Positions 30,957 through 43,468 are shown, counted from the first letter of the stretch. The stretch is DNA of 59,127 nucleotides from an uncultured Enterobacteriaceae bacterium (GCA_964523765.1 CAZFZX010000007.1:1-59127); one strand, 5' to 3'. Numbers and translations: made by a program. The notes: generated by a model not told the origin, from the letters alone.

Positions 30957-33290
30957 ATGAAACGAATGCTGATCAACGCGACTCAGCCGGAGGAGTTGCG
31001 TGTCGCACTAGTCGACGGCCAACGCCTTTACGATTTGGATATCGAAGCTACGGGCCGCGAACAGAAGAAATCAAATATCTACATGGGCAAGATCATGCGG
31101 ATCGAGCCCAGTCTGGAAGCCGCGTTTGTCGACTTCGGCGCAGACCGTCACGGATTCCTTCCCCTCAAAGAGGTATCACGCGCACTTTTCAAAGAGCAGC
31201 CGAAGAGCGGTAGCCGCATAAACATCAAAGGCGTGTTGGACGAAGGCCAGGAATTCATCGTCCAGGTCGAAAAAGAGGAGCGCGGCAACAAAGGCGCGGC
31301 GCTGACAACCTTTATCAGCCTGGCAGGGCGCTATCTCGTTGCCATGCCGAATAACCCTCGGGCCGGCGGAGTGTCGCGACAGATCGAAGGCGCGGACCGC
31401 GACGAAGCACGCGAAGCAATGGCGGACCTGCAGATCCCTTCGGACCTCGGCTTGATCCTCAGGACCGCCGGCATCGGCAAATCGGCCGAAGAGTTGCAAT
31501 GGGATCTCGATTATCTGCTCCAGTTATGGGAGGCGATCGAGGACGCGGCGGGAACCCGCAAGGCGCCATTCCTGATCTTCCAGGATCGTAACGTGATAAT
31601 CCGGGCGATCCGTGATTACTTGCGTGGCGATATCGCCGAAATCCTGGTGGACGACGAGGCACTTTGTGCAACGGCGCGCGAGTTCATGGAACAGGTGATG
31701 CCGCAGAACCTGGATAAGCTCAAGCTGTACAGCGATAGCGTCCCCCTGTTCACCCGTTACCAGATCGAGAGTCAAATCCAAACCGCATTCAGTCGTGAAG
31801 TGCGATTGCCGAGCGGCGGTTCGATTGTTATCGAACCGACCGAGGCTCTGATTACGATCGACATCAACTCATCCAAGGCGACGAAGGGTAGCGACATAGA
31901 GGAAACGGCTACGCAGACGAATCTAGAGGCCGCCGACGAAATCGGGACCCAACTTCGGTTGCGCGACCTCGGTGGACTGATCGTCATCGATTTCATCGAT
32001 ATGCTGGCTTCAAAGAACCAACGGGCCGTCGAAAACAAGCTTCGCGACGCGGTCAAGATCGACCGTGCCCGGGTGCAAATCGGGCGGATTTCCCGCTTCG
32101 GCTTGCTCGAAATGTCGCGTCAGCGCATTCGCCCCTCGCTAGCCGAATTTTCCCACGAACTGTGTCCCCGATGTGAAGGTGTAGGCACTATCCGTAATAC
32201 CAAATCAACCGCGCTTGCGGTGTTGCGGATCATCGAGGAAGAGGCGATGAAGGAATCGACCGCTAAGATCGCCGCTCAAGTACCGGTCGACGTCGCCACC
32301 TTCTTGCTAAACGAAAAGCGTCAGGACATCACCGGGATAGAAGAAAGAAAAGAAGTGAGCGTTTTGCTGATCCCGAACCAAAATCTCGAAACACCGCATT
32401 ACGATGTCGAACGGATCCGTGACCAGGACGCGGATAAGCTGAACCAAAGTGAAAGCTACGAGATGGTCAAGGAAGTCGAAAGTCCGCCGGTCGACTACAG
32501 GCAGCTCCAAACGCCTGCTGGTGAGCAACCGGTCGTGAAGGATCTTGCGCGTAATACCCCGAAACCCGCGCCGCGGGAGAAATCCACTACCGACCGTGGC
32601 CCGGGGCTATTGCGGCGTTTTTTCAGAGCGATCATTGGAACGAGTGGCGGCACGAAAGAAAAGCAAGTCGATCGCCCCCGCAAACCATCGGGCCAGGAGG
32701 GACGCCGACGCTCCGGTTCGAGCAATCGGGGACGGCGCGGCACTCGCGGTTCCGGCCGACCACAATCTGCTGCTTCACGTACGAAGAGTGACGGGCGTAA
32801 GGGAGGGCAATCGCAGCGAAGCGGCACGGCGCGCCAGGACGGCAATGGTCGCCAACGCAATCAACGCCGGGACACCGCCGGGGACCGGGGCAATAACACG
32901 AACGCCGGGAGAGGTTCGGCAAAGCGCGCGAACAGGGAACGCACCCGCAGCCCGCGTGAAGCAGAGACCTCGACTCCGAGCGATCCTCAGACGGAATCGC
33001 CCCGCGCCGAGAATTCCGTGCCGGCTGCGCCGGCGCCCGCGGACAGTGGAGCGGCGACCGAGACCAAGGTCGACAATCGGCTCTCAGAGTCGTCTTCCGA
33101 ACCGGAACGCGCGACAGAGACCCCGATTGCAGATACGAACGCCACGGCCCCAGCGAACCACCCTGGAGAGCGAGTTGAGAAGCGCCCCGACGTCGCTGCG
33201 ACGCCGAACGACGAGTCGGCATCGCCAGAGCAACAGGCAAACGAACCACGCGAGGACCCGCACCCGTCGACCGACGGCGACCCCCGATAG
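30957..33290 (+). CDS. rne: ribonuclease E
   Basis: [55 protein letters not shown] zinc link, amphipathic [12 protein letters not shown], Arg-rich then acidic disordered C-terminus. Confidence 0.98.
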   Translation: MKRMLINATQPEELRVALVDGQRLYDLDIEATGREQKKSNIYMGKIMRIEPSLEAAFVDFGADRHGFLPLKEVSRALFKEQPKSGSRINIKGVLDEGQEFIVQVEKEERGNKGAALTTFISLAGRYLVAMPNNPRAGGVSRQIEGADRDEAREAMADLQIPSDLGLILRTAGIGKSAEELQWDLDYLLQLWEAIEDAAGTRKAPFLIFQDRNVIIRAIRDYLRGDIAEILVDDEALCATAREFMEQVMPQNLDKLKLYSDSVPLFTRYQIESQIQTAFSREVRLPSGGSIVIEPTEALITIDINSSKATKGSDIEETATQTNLEAADEIGTQLRLRDLGGLIVIDFIDMLASKNQRAVENKLRDAVKIDRARVQIGRISRFGLLEMSRQRIRPSLAEFSHELCPRCEGVGTIRNTKSTALAVLRIIEEEAMKESTAKIAAQVPVDVATFLLNEKRQDITGIEERKEVSVLLIPNQNLETPHYDVERIRDQDADKLNQSESYEMVKEVESPPVDYRQLQTPAGEQPVVKDLARNTPKPAPREKSTTDRGPGLLRRFFRAIIGTSGGTKEKQVDRPRKPSGQEGRRRSGSSNRGRRGTRGSGRPQSAASRTKSDGRKGGQSQRSGTARQDGNGRQRNQRRDTAGDRGNNTNAGRGSAKRANRERTRSPREAETSTPSDPQTESPRAENSVPAAPAPADSGAATETKVDNRLSESSSEPERATETPIADTNATAPANHPGERVEKRPDVAATPNDESASPEQQANEPREDPHPSTDGDPR

Positions 33291-33298
33291 CGTTGGAT

Positions 33299-34927
33299 CT
33301 AAACGGCTTTCGCCAGTTTCGTGCCGGCGCTGAGTTCGCGCGTTTTGTGGAAAACGATGTCGGGCCAGCGCTCTTCGGTCAGCTGTAGATTGACGAGAGT
33401 CGGGGCCATGTAAGCAATGAAGCCCCCGCCGTCTAGGGCGATATTGGCCGCCAGCTGCCGCCGGAATTTTTCGAGTATCGAAGGATCGCCGCAGGAAACC
33501 CAGCGCGTCGTCTGATAAGGCGCCGGCTCGAACACACAATCCACATTGTATTCATGCTTTAGCCGCCAGCTGACGACGTCGAATTGCAGCACGCCGATCG
33601 CGCCGATAATGAGCTCGTTCTTCTCGGTGAGCCGGAAAACTTGCGCCGCACCTTCTTCGCCGAGTTCGGTCAGCCCCTTCAGCAACGCTTTCCCGCGTAG
33701 TGGATCTCGCGACCGCACCCGGCGAAAAAGATCCGGGGCAAAACTCGGAACTCCGTGAAAGGTCATTGGTTCTCCGACGGTGAAGGTATCGCCGATCTGG
33801 ATCGTACCGTGGTTGTGGATCCCGATAATGTCGCCGGCCCATGCGCACCGCGTGTGGTCCCGACCGCGCGCCATGAACGTCAATGCATTGGCGACCGGTA
33901 GATCGCGGCCGCTGCGGACGTGATGCAACTTCATGCCCTGCTCGAAGTTTCCCGAGCAGATCCGCACGAATGCGATCCGATCCCGATGTTGCGGGTCCAT
34001 ATTGGCCTGTATTTTGAATACAAATCCGCTGAAATCTTCGCCATGTGGATCGACATCTTGGACGTCCGTCATGCGCGGTTGCGGCGGTGGCGCGATTTGT
34101 GTGAAGAAGTCGAGCAGTTCCCGCACCCCAAAATTTCTGAGCGCGGACCCGAAAAACACGGGTGTCTGGTGCCCCTCTCGGTAGACGTCGAGTTGGAAGC
34201 CGTGACCTGCGCCCTGGATAAGTTCGACTTCTTCTGTCAGCGCGGCTAGGTTTGACTCACCGAAATGTGCCGCTGCTTGCGGATCGGACAGACTGAAACA
34301 CTCGTCATCGCCGGCCAGTTTGTCGGATCGACGCTCACGTTGGAACGCTATCAGGCGATTGTTCTGTAGGTGGTAGATGCCGCCAAAGTGTTGCCCCGAA
34401 CCCAGCGGCCACGTGATCGGAGAGCACTGGATAGCAAGAACTCTTTCTATTTCGTCGACCAAATCCAGGGAATCGCGGGCGTGCCGGTCCATCTTGTTGA
34501 TCAACGTAATGACCGGTGTTTTTCGCATCCGGCATACTTCCAACAATTTGATCGTCCGTTCCTCGACGCCCTTGGCCGCATCGATCACCATCAAGGCCGA
34601 ATCCACAGCCGTCAGCGTGCGGTACGTGTCTTCGGAAAAATCCTCATGACCCGGAGTATCGAGCAAGTTGATTACGCAATCCTGATACTCGAACTGCATC
34701 ACCGAAGATGTTACCGAAATCCCGCGCTGTTTCTCGATTTCCATCCAGTCCGACATGGCGTGGCGCTGACTCTTTCTCGCTTTAACCGTCCCCGCCGTAT
34801 TGATGGCGCCGCCGAGCAGCAACAATTTTTCGGTAACAGTTGTTTTGCCGGCGTCCGGATGAGAGATGATCGCGAAAGTACGGCGTCTATTGATTTCCGG
34901 TGACAGGCTCACGAGCGGTTTCCCCAC
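33299..34927 (-). CDS. prfC: peptide chain release factor 3
   Basis: [45 protein letters not shown]. Confidence 0.97.
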   Translation of the reverse strand: MGKPLVSLSPEINRRRTFAIISHPDAGKTTVTEKLLLLGGAINTAGTVKARKSQRHAMSDWMEIEKQRGISVTSSVMQFEYQDCVINLLDTPGHEDFSEDTYRTLTAVDSALMVIDAAKGVEERTIKLLEVCRMRKTPVITLINKMDRHARDSLDLVDEIERVLAIQCSPITWPLGSGQHFGGIYHLQNNRLIAFQRERRSDKLAGDDECFSLSDPQAAAHFGESNLAALTEEVELIQGAGHGFQLDVYREGHQTPVFFGSALRNFGVRELLDFFTQIAPPPQPRMTDVQDVDPHGEDFSGFVFKIQANMDPQHRDRIAFVRICSGNFEQGMKLHHVRSGRDLPVANALTFMARGRDHTRCAWAGDIIGIHNHGTIQIGDTFTVGEPMTFHGVPSFAPDLFRRVRSRDPLRGKALLKGLTELGEEGAAQVFRLTEKNELIIGAIGVLQFDVVSWRLKHEYNVDCVFEPAPYQTTRWVSCGDPSILEKFRRQLAANIALDGGGFIAYMAPTLVNLQLTEERWPDIVFHKTRELSAGTKLAKAV

Positions 34928-35301
34928 TGCTCGAGTACGGCATAGGCGATCGCGTATTCGCGCTCGTCCGCCATGCTGACAAAGCTCGCCCCGACGTTCT
35001 CCTGTCTCGCGCGTTCCGCTACTCGACCGGAAAATACGAATGAAGGTTTTCCGGCCCGATTATGCTGCACTTCGATTTGACGAGGCGATACACCTTGTTT
35101 GAAGCCCGTGCCGAATGCCTTCGACGCCGCTTCTTTCGCGGCAAAGCGCATGGCGAGGAAACGCACCGGCGCTTTTGTCACTGCAAATTGGTCCAGTTCC
35201 GCCGGCCCTAAGATTTTTTCAGCGAAGCGCAGGCCCCAGCGTTCGTAGGCGCGTTCGATCCGGCCGACCTCGACAATATCGATCCCGATGCCGTAAATCA
35301 C
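34909..35301 (-). CDS. acpS: holo-ACP synthase
   Basis: [25 protein letters not shown]. Confidence 0.95.
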   Translation of the reverse strand: MIYGIGIDIVEVGRIERAYERWGLRFAEKILGPAELDQFAVTKAPVRFLAMRFAAKEAASKAFGTGFKQGVSPRQIEVQHNRAGKPSFVFSGRVAERARQENVGASFVSMADEREYAIAYAVLEQWGNRS

Positions 35302-36032
35302 CGGGAGGCCTCTTCGACGATCCGCTTCATCTCCGCGACCGCTGCACCGAGACCGCTGAATAATGCCCGCGCGACGATCGCATGCCCGATGTTCAATTCG
35401 ACGAGTTCAGGGATCGCCACGATAGGGGCCACGTTGTCGTAGGTGAGTCCGTGGCCGGCATTTACCTGTAGGTTTGCGCCGGCTGCGACTCCGGCCGCAG
35501 CCGCGATTTTCCCGAACTCGAGAGATCGCAGGTCGCGGTTTTGTGCGTCGGCATAGGAACCCGTGTGCAGTTCGACCACTGGGACGCCGACCGCGGCGGC
35601 GGCCTCCACCTGCGCCGTCTCCGGGTCGATGAATAGGGATACCTCGATACCGGCCCGCGATAGTTCACTACAGAACCCTGTCAGAGATTCGCCGCGCGAG
35701 CAAACGTCGAGACCACCCTCGGTCGTTAATTCCTCTCTTTTTTCAGGCACGATGCAACATTTCGCCGGGCGTACCGCAAGGGCGAACGCGACCATATCCG
35801 CGGTTGCCGCCATTTCGAGGTTCATCGGTACCGTCAACGACTCACGCAACAATTGAACGTCGCGTTCCTGAATGTGGCGGCGATCTTCGCGCAGATGCAG
35901 TGTGATCCCGTCGGCCCCGGCTTCGACGGCAACGAAGCCGGCCTGCACGGGATCCGGGTATGGGGTCCCGCGCGCTTCGCGGACCGTAGCAACATGATCG
36001 ATATTGACGCCTAGCTGGATTGGAGGCTTCAC
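35298..36032 (-). CDS. pdxJ: pyridoxine 5'-phosphate synthase
   Basis: [41 protein letters not shown]. Confidence 0.97.
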   Translation of the reverse strand: MKPPIQLGVNIDHVATVREARGTPYPDPVQAGFVAVEAGADGITLHLREDRRHIQERDVQLLRESLTVPMNLEMAATADMVAFALAVRPAKCCIVPEKREELTTEGGLDVCSRGESLTGFCSELSRAGIEVSLFIDPETAQVEAAAAVGVPVVELHTGSYADAQNRDLRSLEFGKIAAAAGVAAGANLQVNAGHGLTYDNVAPIVAIPELVELNIGHAIVARALFSGLGAAVAEMKRIVEEASR

Positions 36033-36166
36033 GGCGGGTCGGTTTCCTGGGTTGCTAGCATGAAAAAATGGCCGCGTAGTTTAACCTAGATTCCGCGGTC
36101 GCGCTTTGCAATTAGCCGCGAATCGAAAGGCCGGTCGAATCCGGCATTTCTGCGCGGCAATTGCGG

Positions 36167-36883
36167 TTATTGATCGCCATTCGACGGGTTCCGGAACAGC
36201 GCGCGTGATGCGAGTGGCCGATCGCCGAGGTAGTGACGCAAGACAAACCGCATGAGCTTTTTCGCTTCGACTAGCTGCGACGGCTGAAAATCCCGCCCTC
36301 CCGCCAGTGCGAGTAGTGAACCTCCGCTTACGACGACCCCATGGTTGCCGTCTTCGGCCGGCATCGGGCCTTGTTCGACGACGTAACAGTAGGTCCTCGA
36401 AGGATCGATATCCTCGCCGCTGCTGGCCGCCGTTGTCAGCTGAAGGCCGTAGCCACAGGTGTCGAGCAATCGTTTTTCGAATCGACGCAAAATTGGTTCG
36501 ACGGACGGCACCGACTCGGCAAGTGACAACAGCGTCTGTTCGTAGATCGCGAACAGGTCGGGGTTTGGGTCGTGACGCCCGGTTACCCTCATGATCAGCT
36601 CGTTTACATAGAATCCGCTGAACAGCCGATCGCCGGTGAGGTTCAGCGCCCGGCCGACTGGTTCCAACTTCGTCAATGTGTGCAACTCGGAGCGGCCCGA
36701 CCAGGACAGCTTGTACTTGTGAAACGCCTGTATTGCTCCGCCGCCACGTTTGCGGCTGCGGGCGGCGCCGCGGGCGATGACGCCCACGCGGCCATAATCG
36801 GCTGATAGACATTCCAGCAATAAACTCGTTTCACGGTAACGCCGCCGATGGAGGACGTAGGCAGGATGCAGTTCGGTACGCAC
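36167..36883 (-). CDS. recO: DNA repair protein RecO
   Basis: AYVLHRRRYRETSLL, GFYVNEL, LRRFEKRLL, PLASRALF. Confidence 0.95.
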   Translation of the reverse strand: MRTELHPAYVLHRRRYRETSLLLECLSADYGRVGVIARGAARSRKRGGGAIQAFHKYKLSWSGRSELHTLTKLEPVGRALNLTGDRLFSGFYVNELIMRVTGRHDPNPDLFAIYEQTLLSLAESVPSVEPILRRFEKRLLDTCGYGLQLTTAASSGEDIDPSRTYCYVVEQGPMPAEDGNHGVVVSGGSLLALAGGRDFQPSQLVEAKKLMRFVLRHYLGDRPLASRALFRNPSNGDQ

Positions 36884-37091
36884 AATAGAACTCGTTTAAA
36901 AGCTGTTCTCGTTCGCAGCCCAAAGGCTCCCGCCTAACTGGATGCGCGAGGCTCAGGCGCGCTGCCCCAACGACCAGCAATACAGAAATGCGCGCCAATC
37001 GCCGCCGGATCCGCTCGGACTATGTCCCGGCGCGCGGGCATTGAACCACTATGCCCCGGGCGTCGCGCCCTGTCATCAAGGGTTTCAAGCT

Positions 37092-37988
37092 CTAATCGCC
37101 CAGGTTCAGTTCTCTGAGCGCGTTCGCGTCGTCGGACCATTTGCCTTTGGTCTTCACCCATGTCTGGAGGAATACCGGGCGCTGCAACAACGCCTCGATA
37201 TCCTTGCGCGCTGCCGAAGCGATCGCTTTCAACCGCCCTCCTTTGGCTCCTATCACGATCCCTTTCTGCCCTTCACGCTCCACCCAGATTTCGGCATCGA
37301 TGTCGACGTGCTCGCCGCGATCGTGGAAAGCACCGATGACGACCGACACGCTGTAAGGGAGTTCCTCTCCCAATCCCCGGATCAGCTTTTCCCGGATGAG
37401 TTCCGCGGCCAAGAAGCGCTCGCTATGAGTCGTGACTTGATCGTCGGGGAACCGGTGCGGACCGGACGGCAGCAAATCACAAACGGCCTTCAATAAAGAA
37501 TCGATGGTGTCTCCGCGAAGCGCGTTCATCGGAAATACCTCGTCGAAATGATAACGGCTCTGAACAGAAGCAATAAGCGGCAGCAGCCGGCTTTTGTCAG
37601 CGAGTCGATCGTGTTTGTTCAAGACTAGAATTTTTGGGCACTCAATTTTTTCGAACAGCGTGCTCACGTCCGTATCGCCGCTCCGCCAGTTGCCGGCCTC
37701 TGCTACCATCACCACCACGTCGACACCGATTAACGCAGAGTTGACCTGCCGGTTCATCATTCGGTTTAGTCGTCGGTGGGGTTGATGCTGCCACCCGGGG
37801 GTGTCGACGAAAACCATTTGCGCACTGCCCACTGTATGGACACCGAGGATCTGGTGCCAGGTCGTCTGCGGTTTGCGCGAGGTGATGCTGATCTTCTGAC
37901 CTACGATGCGGTTCAGCAGCGTCGATTTACCCACGTTCGGACGACCGATTATCGCAATCGTGCCACAGCTGGACGTTGGCTGAATCAT
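37092..37988 (-). CDS. era: GTPase Era
   Basis: GRPNVGKSTL, KPQTT, DTPG, NKHD, EELPYS, KH motif IVIGAKG. Confidence 0.96.
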   Translation of the reverse strand: MIQPTSSCGTIAIIGRPNVGKSTLLNRIVGQKISITSRKPQTTWHQILGVHTVGSAQMVFVDTPGWQHQPHRRLNRMMNRQVNSALIGVDVVVMVAEAGNWRSGDTDVSTLFEKIECPKILVLNKHDRLADKSRLLPLIASVQSRYHFDEVFPMNALRGDTIDSLLKAVCDLLPSGPHRFPDDQVTTHSERFLAAELIREKLIRGLGEELPYSVSVVIGAFHDRGEHVDIDAEIWVEREGQKGIVIGAKGGRLKAIASAARKDIEALLQRPVFLQTWVKTKGKWSDDANALRELNLGD

Positions 37989-38647
37989 GGTGGTTGGTTT
38001 CCCAGGCGTTCGAGCATCAATGCAGCCGCCCGCTGTTCGCCGGCCCGCCGGTTTTTGCCCACGGCGCTAACAGCATCGGGCAGCAACTCGACGCGGCATT
38101 CGATCGTGAATTGCTGGTCGTGGGCCGGGCCGGTAACATCAATTGCCGTGTAGTTGGGCAAGGACGCCCCGCGGGCTTGGAGATATTCTTGTAGACGGGT
38201 CTTGGCGTCCTTGTGTACCTCGCTCGGGTCGACGTCCTTGAGCGCGGCAGCGAACCATGTCGAGATTTGCCGTTCGCAAGCCGCCAGACCGCCGTCGAGG
38301 TAGATGGCTCCGATCAACGCCTCGAGCGTATTCGCCAGAATCGAATCGCGGCGCCAGCCGCCGCTTTTGAGTTCGCCCTCCCCGAGTAAGATGTGCTCCC
38401 CTAGGTTCAGCTGCCGCGCCACCACGCAAAGGGTGTCTTTCTTGACGAGTTCCGCACGGGTGCGAGTCAGTTGCCCTTCGTCTGCCTCGGGGAATGTCCG
38501 GTAGAGATAGTCCGCGACAACCTGCCCCAAAACGGCATCCCCGAGAAACTCCAGGCGTTCGTTGTTTTCATTTCGGGCACTGCGATGGGTCAGAGCGCGT
38601 CGCAGCAAAGCAGGGTCGGTAAAACCGTAGCCGAGGAATTCATCCAT
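37985..38647 (-). CDS. rnc: ribonuclease III
   Basis: ALTHRS, NERLEFLGDAVL, KDAKTRLQEYLQ dsRBD. Confidence 0.97.
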   Translation of the reverse strand: MDEFLGYGFTDPALLRRALTHRSARNENNERLEFLGDAVLGQVVADYLYRTFPEADEGQLTRTRAELVKKDTLCVVARQLNLGEHILLGEGELKSGGWRRDSILANTLEALIGAIYLDGGLAACERQISTWFAAALKDVDPSEVHKDAKTRLQEYLQARGASLPNYTAIDVTGPAHDQQFTIECRVELLPDAVSAVGKNRRAGEQRAAALMLERLGNQPP

Positions 38648-38667
38648 CCGGGATCCGTCGGTCCCCG

Positions 38668-39069
38668 TTAATCGGTTACCTGCGCCCCCAATTTGAGCGT
38701 GTTCTCATATTTCATGACGATGTCAAAATCGCCGAAAAATGGACCTCGGATTTCGTAAACCAAACTGATCATCTTGTCTTTGCTGCCCTTGACCTTCTGC
38801 ATTTTCAACAGTTTTGCGAATTCCGGGACCGTCCAACGATCGACGTCGGAAACCTCGAACTGCCGCCCGACCAATTTGGCGAGCTGGAGCTTCGTCATCT
38901 TGGCTGATTCCTTTTGCCCGGCGACCCTTTCGAGCGCTAAGTCGACCTTCATTTTCTCGTTGTACAGCGGAAATAGCCTCATCCCTACGACGGCAACCAT
39001 TCCTAGGAAGCCACACGCGTATAGGAGTCCGCTGAGGGTAAGGCCGTGTTGCCGGTATCTGCTATTCAT
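38668..39069 (-). CDS. DUF4845 family membrane protein
   Basis: RQHGLTL prepilin-like N-terminus plus TM; conserved lepB-X-rnc slot; GGAGGA RBS. Confidence 0.75.
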   Translation of the reverse strand: MNSRYRQHGLTLSGLLYACGFLGMVAVVGMRLFPLYNEKMKVDLALERVAGQKESAKMTKLQLAKLVGRQFEVSDVDRWTVPEFAKLLKMQKVKGSKDKMISLVYEIRGPFFGDFDIVMKYENTLKLGAQVTD

Positions 39070-39157
39070 AAGTCCTCCTTCCAACGATTAGGGGTAGCCT
39101 GCGTCGCCCGAACTGGGCGACCGAACTTCCGTACAGGCTACCCGAAACGCTATAGCT

Positions 39158-39970
39158 TCAGCGTATTTTTGATCCGATACGGCCCAGTTCCGGGCCTCGA
39201 TCCCAGTTCATCCAAATCATAAATGCGCGCCCGACCAGATTTTCGTCCGGGACATAACCCCAATAGCGCGAGTCGCGGCTATTATCGCGATTGTCGCCGA
39301 GCACGAAATAGTTTCCTGGCGGCACAACGCCCGCAAAAGACGGATTGTGCCCCCTCGGGGTCAATAATAGTTGATGGCGTCTTCCCGACAAATTTTCTTC
39401 GACGAGTTTCGCTCCCGTGTGTCGAGCGGCCGACTTGAGTCCGACGTAGGTTCCCATGAGTTCCTGCTCGATTTCTTCATCGTTTATATACAAACGACGG
39501 TCCCGGTAAACCACTTTGTCGCCGGCGACACCGACGACTCGCTTGATGAACGGTGTCGAGGGATCCTGCGGGTAACGGAACACGATGACATCACCGCGCT
39601 GCGGCGTACCTAGTTCGATGACCTTTTTGTTGATTAGCGGCAGGCGAATTCCGTAGTTGTACTTATTCACGAGGATAAAGTCACCGACCAGCAACGTCGG
39701 GATCATTGACCCGGAAGGGATGCGGAAGGGTTCGACGATAAACGATCTCAAAATCAGGACGATGAGAAAAATCGGGAAAAACGAACGGGCGTAATCGACG
39801 ACAACAGGCAGCGGCGGGTCTCCTCCCCCATCCGCATCTCCCCCGACGCCTTTACCAATACCTGCGAGCTGGCCCTTTCGGCGGGGAGCTAACAATAGCG
39901 CGTCGAAAGCCCAAATGGCGCCGCTGATCGCGACCAGGAACACCATAATTGCGGAAAAATCGAAGATCAC
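39158..39970 (-). CDS. lepB: signal peptidase I
   Basis: [40 protein letters not shown]. Confidence 0.97.
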   Translation of the reverse strand: MIFDFSAIMVFLVAISGAIWAFDALLLAPRRKGQLAGIGKGVGGDADGGGDPPLPVVVDYARSFFPIFLIVLILRSFIVEPFRIPSGSMIPTLLVGDFILVNKYNYGIRLPLINKKVIELGTPQRGDVIVFRYPQDPSTPFIKRVVGVAGDKVVYRDRRLYINDEEIEQELMGTYVGLKSAARHTGAKLVEENLSGRRHQLLLTPRGHNPSFAGVVPPGNYFVLGDNRDNSRDSRYWGYVPDENLVGRAFMIWMNWDRGPELGRIGSKIR

Positions 39971-41763
39971 TTTTTGCTTCCTACGCTCAACACGGCCATG
40001 AATGCCTCTTGTGGTATTTCTACTGCCCCAACTCGTTTTAAGCGCTTCTTCCCTTCTTTCTGCTTTTCGAGCAGCTTTCTCTTACGCGTAACGTCGCCAC
40101 CATAACACTTTGCAGTCACGTTTTTGCGTAACGCTTTAACATTCTCACGCGCTATTATCTTTGAGCCGATGGCTGCCTGAATAGCCACGTCGAACATCTG
40201 TCGCGGAATGATCTGGCGCATTTTGCTCGCCAATTCTCGGCCTTTACGCGCCGATTGGTCTCGATGCACTATTACCGAGAGCGCGTCGACTCGCTCGCCG
40301 TTGATCTGGATGTCTACTTTGACCACGTCCGCGCACTGGTAGCGGACAAACGCGTAGTCCATAGACGCGTAGCCGCGAGTCGCCGATTTGAGTCGGTCGA
40401 AGAAATCGACGACCATTTCACTCATTGGTAATTCGAAACTAATCGCGACTTGGTTCGCGAGAAAGTTCAATTTCGTCTGGACCCCCCGCTTTTCGATACT
40501 CAGGGCCATTATCGCCCCGAGGTGTTCCTGCGGCGTGAGGATGTCGGCGCGAATGATCGGTTCGCGGATCTCGGCAATGAGGTTGATCGGTGGCAAGCGC
40601 GCCGGGTTATCAATGTAATGTGTTTCCCCGTCGGTGGTAGCGACCTCATAAACGACGGTCGGGGCGGTGGTGATGAGCGCGATTTCGTATTCGCGCTCAA
40701 GCCGCTCTTGAATGATTTCCATGTGCAACATACCAAGAAAACCGCAGCGAAAACCAAAACCCAGCGCCTCCGAAGTTTCCGGTTCGTAATGGAGCGCCGC
40801 GTCGTTGAGTCGGAGCTTTGCCAGCGCTTCGCGAAACGCCTCGAAATCCCCCGAATCGATGGGGTAGAGACCGGCAAAAACGTTGGGTTTCGACTGCTGA
40901 AAGCCGGGCAGTGCCTCAACCGCGGGTTGCCGTGCGGAAACGACGGTATCCCCGACCGGGGCGCCGTCGATCTCCTTGACGCCGGCGACGAGAAATCCTA
41001 CTTCTCCCGCCGTGAGTCGCTCTGTGAGTACCCGTTTCGGTGTGAATATCCCTACCTGGTCGGCGTTTACGGTGCGCCCGATCGACATCATGGCGATCGG
41101 TGCGCCGGTTTCCAGCACGCCGTCGAAGATGCGAACCAATGACACGACGCCGAGATAGTTATCGAACCAAGAATCGATAATGAGCGCTTTGAGCGGAGCG
41201 TGAGGATCACCGACGGGCGGCGGGATGTGATCGACTAGTTGGTCGAGCAACTGCGCGACCCCCTGCCCTGTTTTCGCGCTGATTTGGAGGGCCTCCGAGG
41301 CGTCGATTCCGATGATGTCCTCAATCTCGTTCACGACTCGCTCGGGTTCTGCGGCGGGTAGGTCGATTTTGTTCAGGACCGGAATGACTTCCAGCCCCTG
41401 GTCGATCGCGGTATGGCAGTTGGCGACGGATTGCGCCTCGACGCCCTGAGAGGCGTCAACCACCAGGAGGGCGCCGTCGCAGGCCGCCAACGAACGCGAA
41501 ACTTCGTAACTGAAATCCACGTGTCCCGGCGTATCGATGAGGTTAAGTTGGTATACCTCGCCGTCCGCGGCCTTGTATTTCAGACTGACGCTCTGAGCCT
41601 TGATGGTGATCCCGCGTTCGCGCTCCAGGTCCATCGAATCCAGGACCTGAGCGGCCATCTCGCGTTCCTCGAGGCCTCCGCACAGTTGGATGAAGCGGTC
41701 GGCCAGGGTCGATTTCCCGTGGTCAATGTGGGCGATGATCGAAAAGTTTCTAATATGCTGCAT
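39967..41763 (-). CDS. lepA: elongation factor 4 (LepA)
   Basis: [49 protein letters not shown]. Confidence 0.98.
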   Translation of the reverse strand: MQHIRNFSIIAHIDHGKSTLADRFIQLCGGLEEREMAAQVLDSMDLERERGITIKAQSVSLKYKAADGEVYQLNLIDTPGHVDFSYEVSRSLAACDGALLVVDASQGVEAQSVANCHTAIDQGLEVIPVLNKIDLPAAEPERVVNEIEDIIGIDASEALQISAKTGQGVAQLLDQLVDHIPPPVGDPHAPLKALIIDSWFDNYLGVVSLVRIFDGVLETGAPIAMMSIGRTVNADQVGIFTPKRVLTERLTAGEVGFLVAGVKEIDGAPVGDTVVSARQPAVEALPGFQQSKPNVFAGLYPIDSGDFEAFREALAKLRLNDAALHYEPETSEALGFGFRCGFLGMLHMEIIQERLEREYEIALITTAPTVVYEVATTDGETHYIDNPARLPPINLIAEIREPIIRADILTPQEHLGAIMALSIEKRGVQTKLNFLANQVAISFELPMSEMVVDFFDRLKSATRGYASMDYAFVRYQCADVVKVDIQINGERVDALSVIVHRDQSARKGRELASKMRQIIPRQMFDVAIQAAIGSKIIARENVKALRKNVTAKCYGGDVTRKRKLLEKQKEGKKRLKRVGAVEIPQEAFMAVLSVGSKK

Positions 41764-41976
41764 GCGCGATCGAGAGGCGCTCAACCCCTGAGCTCAAATT
41801 ACTTGCTGTGGAGCGGGACATCCTAAATCCGACGCGCTCCTAGCCGGCGGTGATAATGGGAGACGCGCGCGATTCTATCTCAGAGCGGTCGGTGGCGACA
41901 GCCCGCTACGCGCTAATCAGGCGCGGGCTACGCTTCCGCCGCCGGACGACTGCGTGGATGCAGGCTAGACCCGCAT

Positions 41977-43452
41977 TCAGTCATCTGCCGGCATTTTCAT
42001 CGCCATAAACAGCGGGCCGCCCTGCCTATGTATCAATACCGGAACGCTCGCCCCGGGCTTTAGCGTGTCGACGATTTCGCCGAGCGCAGCCGCCGAGCCC
42101 ACGGGTTGCGAGTTGATTTGAAGGATTATGTCACCCGGACGCACGCCCGCCTCGTAAGCGGGTCCGGCGTCGATGCTCTCGACGAGGACGCCACCGCCGT
42201 TGATGTCGAGCTGATCGCGCTCCGGTTTTGTCAGTTCGCGCACGCTTGCGTTCAATCGTTCATTAGACTGTTTTTGCCCACCGCTACCTCGCGCAAGCTC
42301 CAATTCGTCGTCGCTCGGAAGCTCTCCAATCTGTACTTCCAAGCGCTTTTGTTTCCCCTCTCTGATCACCTCGATAGGCGTCTTGCCCCCGACCGGAGCT
42401 CTGCCCACGAGCGGGGGCAGTTCGGCCGAAGTATCAATTTCCCGGTTATTGAATTTGACAATGACGTCGCCCGCCTTGAGACCCGCCGACGATGCGGGAC
42501 TGTCCGGGAGAACCTTCGAGACAAGTGCGCCGTGAGGTTTCTTCATCTTGAACGATTCCGCGAGCTCGCGAGTGACGTCCTGTATCAAAACGCCCAGCCA
42601 ACCGCGGGTGACCGCGCCTTTGTCTCGCAGCTGCTCGTACACGTCCAGGACCACGTCAATCGGAATCGCGAAAGAGAGGCCCATAAAGCCGCCCGTACGG
42701 CTGTATATCTGAGAGTTCACACCGACAACCTCACCGTCGAGGTTGAATAACGGCCCGCCCGAATTTCCCGGGTTTATGGCGACATCGGTTTGGATGAAGG
42801 GAACGTAATTTTCGTTTGGAAGACTGCGACCCTTGGCGCTGACAATACCCGCCGTAACCGAATGATCGAAGCCGAATGGCGAACCGATCGCGAGGACCCA
42901 CTCCCCGACTTCAAGTTCACTCGATTTGCCGAGTTTTAAGCTCGGCAGTGGCTTTTCTGCCTCGACTTTGAGTACCGCGATATCGCTGCGCGCGTCGGCG
43001 CCTACGACTTTGGCAACGTACTCCCGACGATCGCTTAAACGGACGACGATTTCTTCCGCGTCGCGGACGACGTGATAGTTCGAAATCACATAACCGTCAT
43101 CGGAAATGATAAAGCCGGACCCCAATGATGAATGTGGCCGCGGTGCGCCGCGCCCTCCTTCTGGCGGTTCTTCTCCAAAAAAGCGCCGGAAGAAGTCCTG
43201 TAGCGCGTTATCCTCCCCCGGCGAACCTTCGGGACCCGGGAAACGGTGTGGCGGTCCCTGCGATGGACGCCGTTTGGCCGTGGTGCCGATATTGACGACG
43301 GCGGCGCGGTTTGCTTTTACCAGGGGAGTAAAGTCCGGGAGGCCCGATAGTGTTGCCGCGGCGGCCGTAAAAGAGACCGGTGCAACTCCGATTCCGAAAA
43401 ATAGCAATACCGCGAGGTGCGCTGGGCGCACGAGCATTTGAGATAATTTCAT
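41977..43452 (-). CDS. mucD: DegP/MucD-type periplasmic serine endoprotease with two PDZ domains
   Basis: GSGFII, NYHVV, IQTDVAINPGNSGGPL, RGWLGV; signal peptide; in the rpoE operon. Start approximate. Confidence 0.9.
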   Translation of the reverse strand: MKLSQMLVRPAHLAVLLFFGIGVAPVSFTAAAATLSGLPDFTPLVKANRAAVVNIGTTAKRRPSQGPPHRFPGPEGSPGEDNALQDFFRRFFGEEPPEGGRGAPRPHSSLGSGFIISDDGYVISNYHVVRDAEEIVVRLSDRREYVAKVVGADARSDIAVLKVEAEKPLPSLKLGKSSELEVGEWVLAIGSPFGFDHSVTAGIVSAKGRSLPNENYVPFIQTDVAINPGNSGGPLFNLDGEVVGVNSQIYSRTGGFMGLSFAIPIDVVLDVYEQLRDKGAVTRGWLGVLIQDVTRELAESFKMKKPHGALVSKVLPDSPASSAGLKAGDVIVKFNNREIDTSAELPPLVGRAPVGGKTPIEVIREGKQKRLEVQIGELPSDDELELARGSGGQKQSNERLNASVRELTKPERDQLDINGGGVLVESIDAGPAYEAGVRPGDIILQINSQPVGSAAALGEIVDTLKPGASVPVLIHRQGGPLFMAMKMPADD

Positions 43453-43468
43453 AACGATAGATTGCGAG

